Shown here piece after piece: positions 1 through 8,646 of a stretch of DNA of 64,000 nt. Positions within the stretch are counted from its first letter, which is position 1, and the number at the start of each line of letters is the position of its first letter. The DNA is from Bulleidia sp. (GTDB lineage: Bacteria; Bacillota; Clostridia; Oscillospirales; Butyricicoccaceae): NCBI GenBank assembly GCA_963661675.1, contig CAVLCS010000001.1:21633-85632 (forward strand), written 5' to 3'. The position numbers and the translations under genes are program-made. The notes below the pieces were generated by a model. It was not told where the DNA came from. It saw nothing but the letters and a program-made list of their open reading frames with translations, and searched no databases.

Positions 1-184
1 CCGCGATAGAAACCGGCGTGAGCGTGTGCAGCCAGTACATGAGCGCACTGCCGCCGAGAATAACAATGGCCGCGGTAGCGATTCTCATGGTGCGAATGCT
101 GCGCTGGACAACAGCGTTGTTGTTGTAATAATTCAAATTAAAATCAATGAAATCCTGTTTTGTGATGTCGTAATGCAGTTCCAT
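1..184 (-). CDS. YcxB-like membrane protein, N-terminal part (runs off window start)
   Basis: Manual translation MELHYDITKQDFIDFNLNYYNNNAVVQRSIRTMRIATAAIVILGG...; SD GAGGTAAGG upstream; resembles the YcxB-family N-terminus. Confidence 0.6.
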   Translation of the reverse strand, partial: MELHYDITKQDFIDFNLNYYNNNAVVQRSIRTMRIATAAIVILGGSALMYWLHTLTPVSIA

Positions 185-269
185 TTTCCTTACCTCACTT
201 ACTCAGATAAAATTATTGTATCGAAAATCACAGCAGATTGCAAGTCTAATTAAGGAAGGAGAGCGAAAA

Positions 270-800
270 ATGCTGATTTTAGTGACCGGCGGAGCGGCTT
301 CGGGCAAGTCGGAGCACGCGGAACGGCTGGTGTGTGAAAAAGCACAGAGTCGGTTATATCTGGCGACCATGCAGCCGTTCGGCAAAGCCGCAGAGGCAAG
401 AATTGCACGGCATCGGGCGCTTCGTGCGGGCAAAGGCTTCGACACGGTGGAGCGCACACTCGATTTGGCACACCTCATGCTCTCTCGGCAATACGACGGA
501 ATTTTGCTCGAAGATTTAGGCAATCTGCTGGCAAACGAGCTGTTTGCACCAGAAGGCGCACGCGCGGAATCGGCGTTCGACAGCATTGTTGCAGGCGTGG
601 AAAATCTGCAAAAATACTGTGAAACGCTGGTTATTGTTTCCAATGAAATCTTTTCGGACGGCGTGCCGTATCCGCCCGAAACCATACAGTATATCCGAAT
701 TCTGGGAGAACTACACCAGAAATTAACTGGAAAAGCGGATGCAGTATATGAATCCGTGTGCGGAATTTTACTGCCGATAAAGGAGGGGAAACAGACATGA
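270..800 (+). CDS. cobU: Adenosylcobinamide kinase / cobinamide-phosphate guanylyltransferase
   Basis: LVTGGAASGKSEHAE P-loop, YLATM, RIARHR, VSNEI motifs; SD AAGGAG. Confidence 0.92.
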   Translation: MLILVTGGAASGKSEHAERLVCEKAQSRLYLATMQPFGKAAEARIARHRALRAGKGFDTVERTLDLAHLMLSRQYDGILLEDLGNLLANELFAPEGARAESAFDSIVAGVENLQKYCETLVIVSNEIFSDGVPYPPETIQYIRILGELHQKLTGKADAVYESVCGILLPIKEGKQT

Positions 801-1585
801 AAAGTATAATCAACGGACTTTTAGTCGCGTTTTCAATGTACTCTGCAATACCTGTGCCGCAGATAAACTGGGAAAAACAGACCATGCGGTGGGCACTCGG
901 CTTTTTGCCGCTCATCGGCGTGCTGATCGGTGCGATAGAGTGGTTCTGGTTTGCATTCTGCACGCATTTCGGTGCAAACGGCCTGTTTTACGCCGTGATC
1001 GCGGCCCTGATTCCTCTAGCAGTGTCCGGCGGCATCCATCTGGACGGCCTGTGCGACACCTGCGACGCGCTATGTTCGTTCGGCGACCGGGAAAAGCGTC
1101 TGTCCATCCTCAAGGACCCGCATGTTGGCGCGTTTGGGCCGTTGTGGCTGATGGCGTTCCTGCTGGCCGAGGTCGGCTGTTTCGCCCAGATTTACGACCG
1201 ACCTGTGCTTCTTCCGCTAGCGTGCACAGGATTTGCTTTTGCACGGACAATGGGCGGCCGCAAGGTGGTCGCATCGCCGTGCGCGAAGGATAGCGGACTT
1301 GCGCATATTTTTGCGGAAAACAGCGATAAACGTGCCGTATCGCGTATGTTAATTGCTGAATTTGTTCTATTTGCGGTACTGCTTGGTCTGTGGGTATACC
1401 GTGTGCCGCACGCGCTTGCCGCGGCGAAAGTACTCGTTATTATGCTCGTTGTGTGGTATGCTGTGCATGAGCACATAAGCCGCCGTGTTTTCGGCGGTGT
1501 TACCGGAGATTTAGCAGGCTTCTGCATCTCGCTTGCGGAACTGATTTCGCTTGCTGCTGCAGCGATTGGAGGGCTGATTTTCTGA
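797..1585 (+). CDS. cobS: Adenosylcobinamide-GDP ribazoletransferase (cobalamin synthase)
   Basis: GGIHLDGLCDTCD, KDPHVGAFG, FGGVTGDLAG motifs; ATGA overlap with cobU. Confidence 0.93.
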   Translation: MKSIINGLLVAFSMYSAIPVPQINWEKQTMRWALGFLPLIGVLIGAIEWFWFAFCTHFGANGLFYAVIAALIPLAVSGGIHLDGLCDTCDALCSFGDREKRLSILKDPHVGAFGPLWLMAFLLAEVGCFAQIYDRPVLLPLACTGFAFARTMGGRKVVASPCAKDSGLAHIFAENSDKRAVSRMLIAEFVLFAVLLGLWVYRVPHALAAAKVLVIMLVVWYAVHEHISRRVFGGVTGDLAGFCISLAELISLAAAAIGGLIF

Positions 1586-1911
1586 CCGTACTTATCATCG
1601 GCGGGGCGCATCAGGGAAAATGTAAAGTTGCCGAAAAACTGTATCTAAACCTGCCAAAAATCGAAAATCTGCACGAAATCGTGTGTAAAATGTTGCAAGA
1701 AAATCAAGACCCAATGTCCCTCTTGGACACATTACGCGGACACGTTATCACCTGCGACGAGGTCGGCTGCGGCGTCGTTCCCATCGACCGAGCCGATGAA
1801 AACTGGCGCGAAGCCGTCGGCCGCCTATGCTGTGCTTTAGCACAGGAAGCGGACGCAGTCGTGCGCGTAATCGCGGGCGTGCCGCAATTCATCAAAGGAG
1901 AACAACCATGA
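1582..1911 (+). CDS. Short CobU paralogue, probable CTG start
   Basis: Frame extends upstream of track ORF 1681 to LTVLIIGGAHQGK; DEVGCGVVP...WREAVGR...ADAVVRVIAG is a CobU-type C-terminus; SD GGAGGG at 1568-1573. Confidence 0.75.
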   Translation: MTVLIIGGAHQGKCKVAEKLYLNLPKIENLHEIVCKMLQENQDPMSLLDTLRGHVITCDEVGCGVVPIDRADENWREAVGRLCCALAQEADAVVRVIAGVPQFIKGEQP

Positions 1912-2864
1912 CGATAACCCTTGCCGTGCTGCTCGGCTTTGCGCTCGACTGGCTGCTCGGCGACCCGAAAAAGTTGCCGCATCCGGTCTGTGCGGTCGGA
2001 AATCTTATCTCAGCAACCGAAAAAGTTCTGTGCCGTATCTTTCCTGCAACGCCTGCGGCACTGACATTCGCTGGAATTTTGCTCTGGCTCATCACCTGTG
2101 GTGTGAGTTTTGCCGTGCCGTTTTTCGTTCTGCACTGGCTGAAAAATGTGAACTTCTGGCTTGGTTTTGCGGCGGAAACGCTGCTCTGCTGGCTGATTTT
2201 TGCACGAAAAAGCCTTGCAGACGCCGGTTATCACGTCTACGGTGCGGTCAAGCAGTCGCTCGAGGAAGGCCGCAAAGCCATTGCGTGGTACGTCGGCCGC
2301 GACACCGCCGAGCTGTCCGAAGAGGGCGTCATCAAGGCCGCTGTCGAGACCGTGGCCGAGAACCTGACCGACGGCGTGGTCTCGCCGCTCGTGTACATGC
2401 TCATCGGCGGTGCACCGCTCGGGATGCTGTACAAGGCGGTCAATACGCTGGATTCCATGGTTGGCTATCACAACGAAAAATACGAGTATTTGGGCAAGTT
2501 TTCGGCAAAAATGGACGATTTATTCAACTTTATCCCGGCCAGACTGTCTGCGCTGTGCATGATCGCCGGAGCCGGCATGCTGCACCTCGACAACCGAAAT
2601 GCGCTCCGCATTTATCGCCGCGACCGCAACAAACACAAAAGCCCGAACGCCGGACAGACCGAATCCGTGTGTGCGGGCGCACTGCACATCCAGCTTGGCG
2701 GCGACGCCAGCTACTTCGGCAAAATCGTCAAAAAAGCCGCCTTCGGCGACCCGATCCGCTGTGTGGACCGCACGGATATCCTCGCAACGGTCGATTTGAT
2801 GACGGCGGCAAGCGTCTTAGCGGTTGTGCTTTGCAGCACAATCCGCTTGATAGTTAGGAGGTAG
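1908..2864 (+). CDS. cbiB: Adenosylcobinamide-phosphate synthase CbiB
   Basis: LDWLLGDP..PHPV, VGRDT, ETVAENLTDGVVSP, YKAVNTLDSMVG, SPNAG. Confidence 0.93.
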   Translation: MTITLAVLLGFALDWLLGDPKKLPHPVCAVGNLISATEKVLCRIFPATPAALTFAGILLWLITCGVSFAVPFFVLHWLKNVNFWLGFAAETLLCWLIFARKSLADAGYHVYGAVKQSLEEGRKAIAWYVGRDTAELSEEGVIKAAVETVAENLTDGVVSPLVYMLIGGAPLGMLYKAVNTLDSMVGYHNEKYEYLGKFSAKMDDLFNFIPARLSALCMIAGAGMLHLDNRNALRIYRRDRNKHKSPNAGQTESVCAGALHIQLGGDASYFGKIVKKAAFGDPIRCVDRTDILATVDLMTAASVLAVVLCSTIRLIVRR

Positions 2865-2950
2865 GAGGTAGGAGTGAGGAGTGGACAACGGCAAAATGCA
2901 CCGCTCACGACAACAAAAACTCCTACTTCCTCACTCCTAACTCCTACCTT
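2851..2950. repeat. 7-bp periodic inverted-arm element (TAGGAGG-type heptads)
   Basis: ttaggag/gtaggag/gtaggag/tgaggag arm and inverted ctcctac/ttcctca/ctcctaa/ctcctac arm. Confidence 0.75.
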
Positions 2951-2959
2951 ATAGAAAGG

Positions 2960-4006
2960 GTGAAAACAGTGCCAAGCTACATACACGGCGGCGACATCCA
3001 AACCTACATCGATCGCCACGGTTTTGCGCCGCTCGACCTGTCCGCGAACATCAATCCGTTCGGCATTCCGGACGCGGTCCGCGCGGCCATGCACAAGGCT
3101 GTGGATAACTGCACGCAGTATCCCGATCCGTTTTGCCGTGCCGCGCGGCAGGCCATCGGTGCGAGAGAGGGTGTCAATCCGGATTTTCTGTACTGCGGCA
3201 ACGGTGCGGCGGACGTGCTCGACCGTCTGGCGGCGGTGCTGAAGCCGCGCAAGGTGCTGCTTACCGCACCGACCTTTGCAGAGTACGAGCGCACGCTGGC
3301 AGGTGCAGAGATTCGAGTGCAGTATCTGCAGGAATCGGACGGTTTTGCGGTCACAGAGCGCATTTTAGACGAGATTTCGTCCGATTTGGATGCGGTTTAT
3401 CTCTGCAACCCGAACAACCCGACCGGGCGAACCATTGAGCCGGAACTCCTGCGGGAAATCGTCCGTAAATGTGCGGAAAATGGCGTAAAACTGGTTGTAG
3501 ATGAGTGTTTCAACGACTTTTTGATAGATGCAGAGCGGCATACACTAAAGGACCTTCTGGAATCCAATCCCAACCTGATCATCCTGCGCGCGTACACGAA
3601 AATGTACGCCGTGCCCGGAGTGCGCTTCGGCTGGTGTATGACGGCAGACACGGCGCTGATTGAGAAATTATACCATGCCGGACAGCCGTGGAACGTGTCG
3701 GTGATCGCGCAGGCGTGTGCCGTAGCGTCGGCAAACGAGCCGACCTGGGCGATCGAGACCGCAAAACGCATCGCAGAGGAACGAAAATTCTTATCCGACG
3801 GTCTGACAGCCCACGGACTGGTCGTCTTTCCAGGCGAAGCCAACTTCCTGCTGTTCCGGTCAAACGACACAAAACTGCACGAAAAACTCGCCGAACACGG
3901 AATTATGATACGAAACTGCGACAATTACCGCGGACTTTCGGCGGGATACTATCGCGTTGCGGTAAAATCGCATGAAGCAAGCGTAAAATTGTTGGAGAAC
4001 ATTTAA
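2960..4006 (+). CDS. cobD: L-threonine-O-3-phosphate decarboxylase (PLP)
   Basis: HGGDI, DLSANINPFG, CNPNNPTG, LRAYTKMYAVPGVRFG; cob operon context. Confidence 0.85.
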   Translation: MKTVPSYIHGGDIQTYIDRHGFAPLDLSANINPFGIPDAVRAAMHKAVDNCTQYPDPFCRAARQAIGAREGVNPDFLYCGNGAADVLDRLAAVLKPRKVLLTAPTFAEYERTLAGAEIRVQYLQESDGFAVTERILDEISSDLDAVYLCNPNNPTGRTIEPELLREIVRKCAENGVKLVVDECFNDFLIDAERHTLKDLLESNPNLIILRAYTKMYAVPGVRFGWCMTADTALIEKLYHAGQPWNVSVIAQACAVASANEPTWAIETAKRIAEERKFLSDGLTAHGLVVFPGEANFLLFRSNDTKLHEKLAEHGIMIRNCDNYRGLSAGYYRVAVKSHEASVKLLENI

Positions 4007-4008
4007 TT

Positions 4009-4089
4009 GTAGGGCAGGGTGACTTCACCCCGCCGTTGTACACCGGAAGCTGTTGTTAGAAACGGCGGGATGGGGTCATCCCGCCCTAC
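4009..4089. repeat. Inverted pair of GTAG-type REP palindromes
   Basis: GTAGGGCAGGGTGACTTCACCCCGCC ... GGCGGGATGGGGTCATCCCGCCCTAC. Confidence 0.8.
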
Positions 4090-4117
4090 AATATAGCGTG
4101 AAGCATTGGAGGGAAGC

Positions 4118-5605
4118 ATGGCAAAGACAATCATGATACAGGGAACTTGCTCGAATGCCGGCAAAAGCCTTCTCTGTGCGGCTCTATGCCGGATTTTCCG
4201 GCAGGACGGCTACAAAGTAGCGCCGTTCAAGTCGCAAAACATGGCGCTCAACTCGTTCATCACGGCGGACGGCAAGGAGATGGGCCGCGCACAGGTCGTG
4301 CAGGCCGAGGCGGCCGGTGTGGCGCCCGATGTGCGCATGAACCCGATTTTGCTCAAGCCGACGAGCGACGTTGGCTCGCAGGTCATCATCATGGGCGAAG
4401 CACAGGGAAATCGAACCGCAAGAGAGTATTGGGGCCACAAAAAGGCGCTTTTGCCCATAATCAAGGACGCTTTTGACAGTCTTGCCGCCGAGAATGATAT
4501 CATCGTGATCGAGGGTGCGGGCAGTCCGGCGGAGATCAATCTCAAGCAGGATGATATTGTCAACATGGGTCTCGCGAAGCTGGTGGACGCGCCCGTTCTG
4601 CTGGTCGGTGACATCGACCGCGGCGGCGTTTTCGCGTCGCTGTACGGCACGGTCAAGCTGCTCGACGAGGACGAGCAGGCGCGGATTCATGGTCTCATCA
4701 TCAACAAATTCCGCGGTGACGTGGAGATTTTGCGGCCGGGACTGACGCAGCTCGAGGAGCTGACGGGCAAGCTGGTCCTCGGTGTGGTGCCGTACGGCCA
4801 TTTTGACATCGACGATGAGGACAGCCTGTCCGAGCGTCTGGACGCAAAGGCGGCTCCGGCACTGGTGAATATTGCGGTGGTAAAACTGCCGAGACTGTCC
4901 AATTTTACGGATTTTTCTGCACTTTCCCGTGTGAATGGTGTAAGCGTCGCTTACGCAGACAAACCGGCGCAGCTTGCCGGAACCGACCTCATCATCCTGC
5001 CGGGCACCAAGTCTACGCTGGCGGACCTGCGCTGGCTGCGCGAGAGCGGCATGGAAGCGCAGATCCTCAAGGCACACGCGGCGGGCACGCCCGTGTTCGG
5101 CATCTGCGGCGGCTACCAGATAATGGGCCGCACGGTGTCCGACCCGGACAACACCGAAGGCGGCGGCAGCCTGCGCGGCATGGGTCTGCTGCCAATCGAC
5201 ACGGTGTTCCGCCCGCGCAAGACCACCACGCAGACGCGCGGCATGCTGCTCGAAATCGGCGGCGTGTTGTCCGATTTGAGCGGTCTGGCGGTCGAGGGCT
5301 ACGAGATTCACATGGGCGAAACCGTGCGTGACGCGGACGCGAAACCGCTCGTCAGACTCGACCGCGGCGAGGACGGCTGCCAGGCGCAAAACGCCTTTGG
5401 CACCTACCTGCACGGCGTGTTCGATGCGCCGGAGGCGGCTTCTCGGCTGGCGCAGGCGCTGGCGAAGAAGAAAGGCGTAACGCTCACCGGAGAGACGCTC
5501 GACACGCACGCCTACAAGGAGCAGCAGTACGATAAACTGGCGGATTCGGTGCGGAAATCACTCGATATGGAGCGGATTTACCGCATTATGGAGGGGAAAT
5601 CATGA
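4118..5605 (+). CDS. cbiP: Cobyric acid synthase
   Basis: IMIQGTCSNAGKS, PFKSQNMALNS, EGAGSPAEINL, GICGGYQ, GYEIHMG. Confidence 0.95.
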   Translation: MAKTIMIQGTCSNAGKSLLCAALCRIFRQDGYKVAPFKSQNMALNSFITADGKEMGRAQVVQAEAAGVAPDVRMNPILLKPTSDVGSQVIIMGEAQGNRTAREYWGHKKALLPIIKDAFDSLAAENDIIVIEGAGSPAEINLKQDDIVNMGLAKLVDAPVLLVGDIDRGGVFASLYGTVKLLDEDEQARIHGLIINKFRGDVEILRPGLTQLEELTGKLVLGVVPYGHFDIDDEDSLSERLDAKAAPALVNIAVVKLPRLSNFTDFSALSRVNGVSVAYADKPAQLAGTDLIILPGTKSTLADLRWLRESGMEAQILKAHAAGTPVFGICGGYQIMGRTVSDPDNTEGGGSLRGMGLLPIDTVFRPRKTTTQTRGMLLEIGGVLSDLSGLAVEGYEIHMGETVRDADAKPLVRLDRGEDGCQAQNAFGTYLHGVFDAPEAASRLAQALAKKKGVTLTGETLDTHAYKEQQYDKLADSVRKSLDMERIYRIMEGKS

Positions 5606-6126
5606 CAGGACTCATTCACTTATACTGCGGCGACGGCAAGGGCAAAACCACGGCAGCGGTCGGCCTGAGCGTGCGCTGCGCAGGCCGCGGCAACAAGGTC
5701 GTGTTCGCGCAGTTCCTCAAGGACGGCACCTCCGGCGAGTGCCGCGTGCTGGCCAAGCTGCCCGATGTGACTGTGATGGCGGCCAATCCGGTCGGCAAAT
5801 TTTCGTTCGCCATGACGGAAGCGGAGAAGCAGGAGACCGCGGACGCACTCTCGCGCATGTTCGACGCAGCAACCGGCTTTGCCGTGCGGGAGCACGCGCG
5901 GCTGCTCGTGCTCGATGAGGTGTGCGCGGCCATCTCGTGCGGCTTTGTGGACGAGAAAACGGTCACAGACTTCCTCGAAAGCAAGCCGGAAACGCTCGAA
6001 GTCGTGCTGACCGGACGCAACCCATCCGAAAATCTGCAGGCGCACGCGGACTACATCACGGAAATGACAATGCGGCGGCACCCGTTCGAGAAGGGCATTG
6101 CCGCACGGGAGGGAATCGAATTTTGA
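5602..6126 (+). CDS. cobO: Cob(I)yrinic acid a,c-diamide adenosyltransferase (CobA/BtuR/CobO)
   Basis: YCGDGKGKTTAA, QFLK, LVLDE, VVLTGR, HPFEKGIAAREGIEF. Confidence 0.92.
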   Translation: MTGLIHLYCGDGKGKTTAAVGLSVRCAGRGNKVVFAQFLKDGTSGECRVLAKLPDVTVMAANPVGKFSFAMTEAEKQETADALSRMFDAATGFAVREHARLLVLDEVCAAISCGFVDEKTVTDFLESKPETLEVVLTGRNPSENLQAHADYITEMTMRRHPFEKGIAAREGIEF

Positions 6127-6758
6127 ACGGATACATGAAGCCGCAGGACATCGAAAAGCGGTCGTTTGAGATCATCACCGCCGAATTGGGCGAGCGCACG
6201 TTTCCGGCGGGCATCGCCGAGGTAGTCAAGCGCGTGATTCACACCACGGCGGATTTTGACTACGCGGACAGCCTCGCGTTCTCACCGGACGTGATCGATA
6301 AGGCGAAAGCCGCGCTGGCGGCCGGTGCGACTGTTGTTACCGACACCAATATGGCGCTCTCCGGCGTGAGCAAGGTGACTTTGGGAAAACTTGGCGGTAA
6401 AGCCGTCTGTCTGATGGCGGACGAGCAGGTCGCCAAAGAGGCCAAGTCCCGCGGTGTAACGCGGGCAGTCGTCTCGATGGAGCACGCGGCAAAATTTGAA
6501 GGTCCGCTTATCTTTGCCATCGGCAATGCACCGACCGCGTTGATCCGTCTGCATGAGCTCATCGAGGAAGGCGCCGTTTCGCCTGCACTCGTCATCGGCG
6601 TGCCGGTCGGGTTCGTCAACGTGGTCGAGGCCAAGGAGTTGTTCATCGGCGGAGACACACCGTATATCATCGCTAGAGGGCGAAAGGGCGGCTCGAATGT
6701 GGCCGCGTCTATCGTGAATGCTCTGCTGTATCAAATGGTGCATCGAGAAGGTTTTTAA
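6123..6758 (+). CDS. cbiC: Precorrin-8X methylmutase (TTG start at 6123 or ATG at 6135)
   Basis: PQDIEKRSFEII, RVIHTTADF, GNAPTAL, GVPVGFVNV, GRKGGSNVAA; TTGA overlap with SD GGAGGG. Confidence 0.92.
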   Translation: MNGYMKPQDIEKRSFEIITAELGERTFPAGIAEVVKRVIHTTADFDYADSLAFSPDVIDKAKAALAAGATVVTDTNMALSGVSKVTLGKLGGKAVCLMADEQVAKEAKSRGVTRAVVSMEHAAKFEGPLIFAIGNAPTALIRLHELIEEGAVSPALVIGVPVGFVNVVEAKELFIGGDTPYIIARGRKGGSNVAASIVNALLYQMVHREGF

Positions 6759-6762
6759 CGCG

Positions 6763-6799
6763 AAAAAAGAGGAAGTTTCCACTGAAACTTCCTCTTTTT
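6763..6799. terminator. Bidirectional intrinsic terminator
   Basis: AAAAAAGAGGAAGTTTC-cact-GAAACTTCCTCTTTTT between convergent genes. Confidence 0.85.
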
Positions 6800-6801
6800 G
6801 T

Positions 6802-7782
6802 TTACGCCCAGAGACCCTTATCTTTCAAATCGGATATGTAAGCGTCAATATTGTCCGCTGTGATGACCTCGGAGCCGGAGTCGATAACCGGCTGCACCGA
6901 TCGGCCCTCGAGCGTATCCACAGCCGCTTCGACAGCCCGGTAACCCATGTCGTAACCCTGCTGAGCGATATCCACGGTCAGTTCGCCGCGGTCGAGCGCT
7001 TCAATGGCAGCGCGGCTGCCGTCAAAGCCGCAGATGACGGTGTTCTGGTAGGCCGTGCTGGACGTGTCATCCAGAATGGACTTGACCGCCGCGAGCGCCA
7101 TTTCGTCACCGGCGGCAAGCACAACATCCACACCCTGTGGATATTTTTTCATGATGGCCTGCATGGCCGCGGACGCACGGTCGGCCTGTGTGCCGCAGTA
7201 TTCGACCTCGAGCACGGTGCCGCCGGACTGCTCCACAGCACTGCGGTAGCCGTTCAGGCGTGCTTCGTGGGTGGCATCACCCTCGGGACCGACCAGAATA
7301 ACGGCGGTCGGCTGCTTGACTCCGTTGGCCTTGGCCTGCTTCATGGCGGCCTTGCCGCCCGCGAGAGCCGCGGCTTCGTTGCCGGTGCCGACAAAGGCGG
7401 TCTTTTTGTCCGAGGTGAAATCCGTGTCCACGGCGATGATGGGTTTGTCCGCGTTTTCTGCAGCTGCAGCTACCTGCTCGGACTGCATCGGCGATACGAC
7501 AACCGCATCTACGCTGTCGTCGTCGAGTGCTGCTTTGAACAGGTCCAGCTGTTCCTCGCTGTCATCCGCCGTGGACGGAAACTGGATGTCGATCTTGACA
7601 TTCGGGTGCTCGTCGGCGTAGGCTTCCGCACCTGCCATGACGTTCTGAAAATGCTCACCCGAGTGCTTGATGATCACCGCTATGTGATGGGCATCGCCGG
7701 TGTCGGTCAGACTGCCGCAGGCGCTCAGTCCTGCCGCGCAGACAAGTCCGACCAGCAATGCCGCGATCGTTCGCTTTTTCAT
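6802..7782 (-). CDS. Sugar ABC transporter substrate-binding lipoprotein (RbsB-like), no permease adjacent
   Basis: Lipobox LSAC; KPIIAVDTD, FVGTGNEAAA, ICGFDG, IAQQGYDMG. Confidence 0.85.
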   Translation of the reverse strand: MKKRTIAALLVGLVCAAGLSACGSLTDTGDAHHIAVIIKHSGEHFQNVMAGAEAYADEHPNVKIDIQFPSTADDSEEQLDLFKAALDDDSVDAVVVSPMQSEQVAAAAENADKPIIAVDTDFTSDKKTAFVGTGNEAAALAGGKAAMKQAKANGVKQPTAVILVGPEGDATHEARLNGYRSAVEQSGGTVLEVEYCGTQADRASAAMQAIMKKYPQGVDVVLAAGDEMALAAVKSILDDTSSTAYQNTVICGFDGSRAAIEALDRGELTVDIAQQGYDMGYRAVEAAVDTLEGRSVQPVIDSGSEVITADNIDAYISDLKDKGLWA

Positions 7783-7898
7783 GTGGGTATGTCCTCTCTC
7801 TTTTTCATTCCTGATACTATTTTAGCATATTTTCTTTTAAAGCACAAATAAAACGACATGATTAGAAAATCATGCCGTTTTCGGTAACAATTATCAGC

Positions 7899-8633
7899 TT
7901 ACTTGCTCAGCCGCTGCTCCATATAATTGTGCGCGTTCAGCTCGATGGTATCGTCGAGCGGCACAAGCGGATCGGTCTTGCCGTAGCGGCGGTCGAGTGC
8001 GGTCTGCAGAATGAAGTCGCACAGCACCGGATTCTTCGGCAGCAGGGAGCCGTGCGAGTAGGTGGCGAACACGTTGTTGTAGCGTGCGCCCTCGGTCTGG
8101 TCCTCGCCGTTGTTGCCGTAGCCTTTTATCATCATGCCGAGCGGCGCAACGTCCTCGCCGAGGTAGGTCTTGCCCGAGTGGTTCTCAAAGCCGACAACGA
8201 TCGAGCCGCTGCTCTCAGGCGTGGTGCGGTACATGTAGTTGCCGATCATGCGCTCCTTGGCGCCGATGGTGTGCACGTTGATGGCGCCGATGAAGTCAAG
8301 CTGTACGCCGTCCCACGTTTTATAGTACTGGCCGAGCATCTGGTAGCCGCCGCAGATGGCGAGGAACACTTTCTCCTCTTCAACGGCCGTGCAGATGTCC
8401 TTGCCCTTGCCGGAGGCGAGGTCGCGCAGCAGCACTTCCTGTTCAAAATCCTGTCCGCCGCCGATGAAGAAAATGTCGTACTTGTCCACATCGAGCGGCT
8501 GACCGATTGAGCATTCGTCCACATTGACGCTGATGCCGCGGCTCTCCAGACGGCGCTTCATCGTGATGATGTTGCCCCGATCACCGTAAAGGTTGAGAAT
8601 GTCGGGGTAAAGATGGCAGATATTCAGTTCCAT
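7899..8633 (-). CDS. gatD: Lipid II isoglutaminyl synthase glutaminase subunit
   Basis: HLYPDILNLYGDRGN, GGGQDFEQ, AICGGYQ, GFENHSG, YSHGSLLPKNP; follows murT. Confidence 0.9.
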   Translation of the reverse strand: MELNICHLYPDILNLYGDRGNIITMKRRLESRGISVNVDECSIGQPLDVDKYDIFFIGGGQDFEQEVLLRDLASGKGKDICTAVEEEKVFLAICGGYQMLGQYYKTWDGVQLDFIGAINVHTIGAKERMIGNYMYRTTPESSGSIVVGFENHSGKTYLGEDVAPLGMMIKGYGNNGEDQTEGARYNNVFATYSHGSLLPKNPVLCDFILQTALDRRYGKTDPLVPLDDTIELNAHNYMEQRLSK

Positions 8634-8646
8634 TGCAGTTTCCCCC

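Noticed and set aside
185..269. Cobalamin riboswitch upstream of cobU
   Set aside because: Intergenic gap is only 85 bp and has no B12-box-like sequence
7899..8633. Second cobyric acid synthase (CobQ-like) belonging to the cob operon
   Set aside because: Paired with a MurT ligase on the opposite strand; motifs fit GatD
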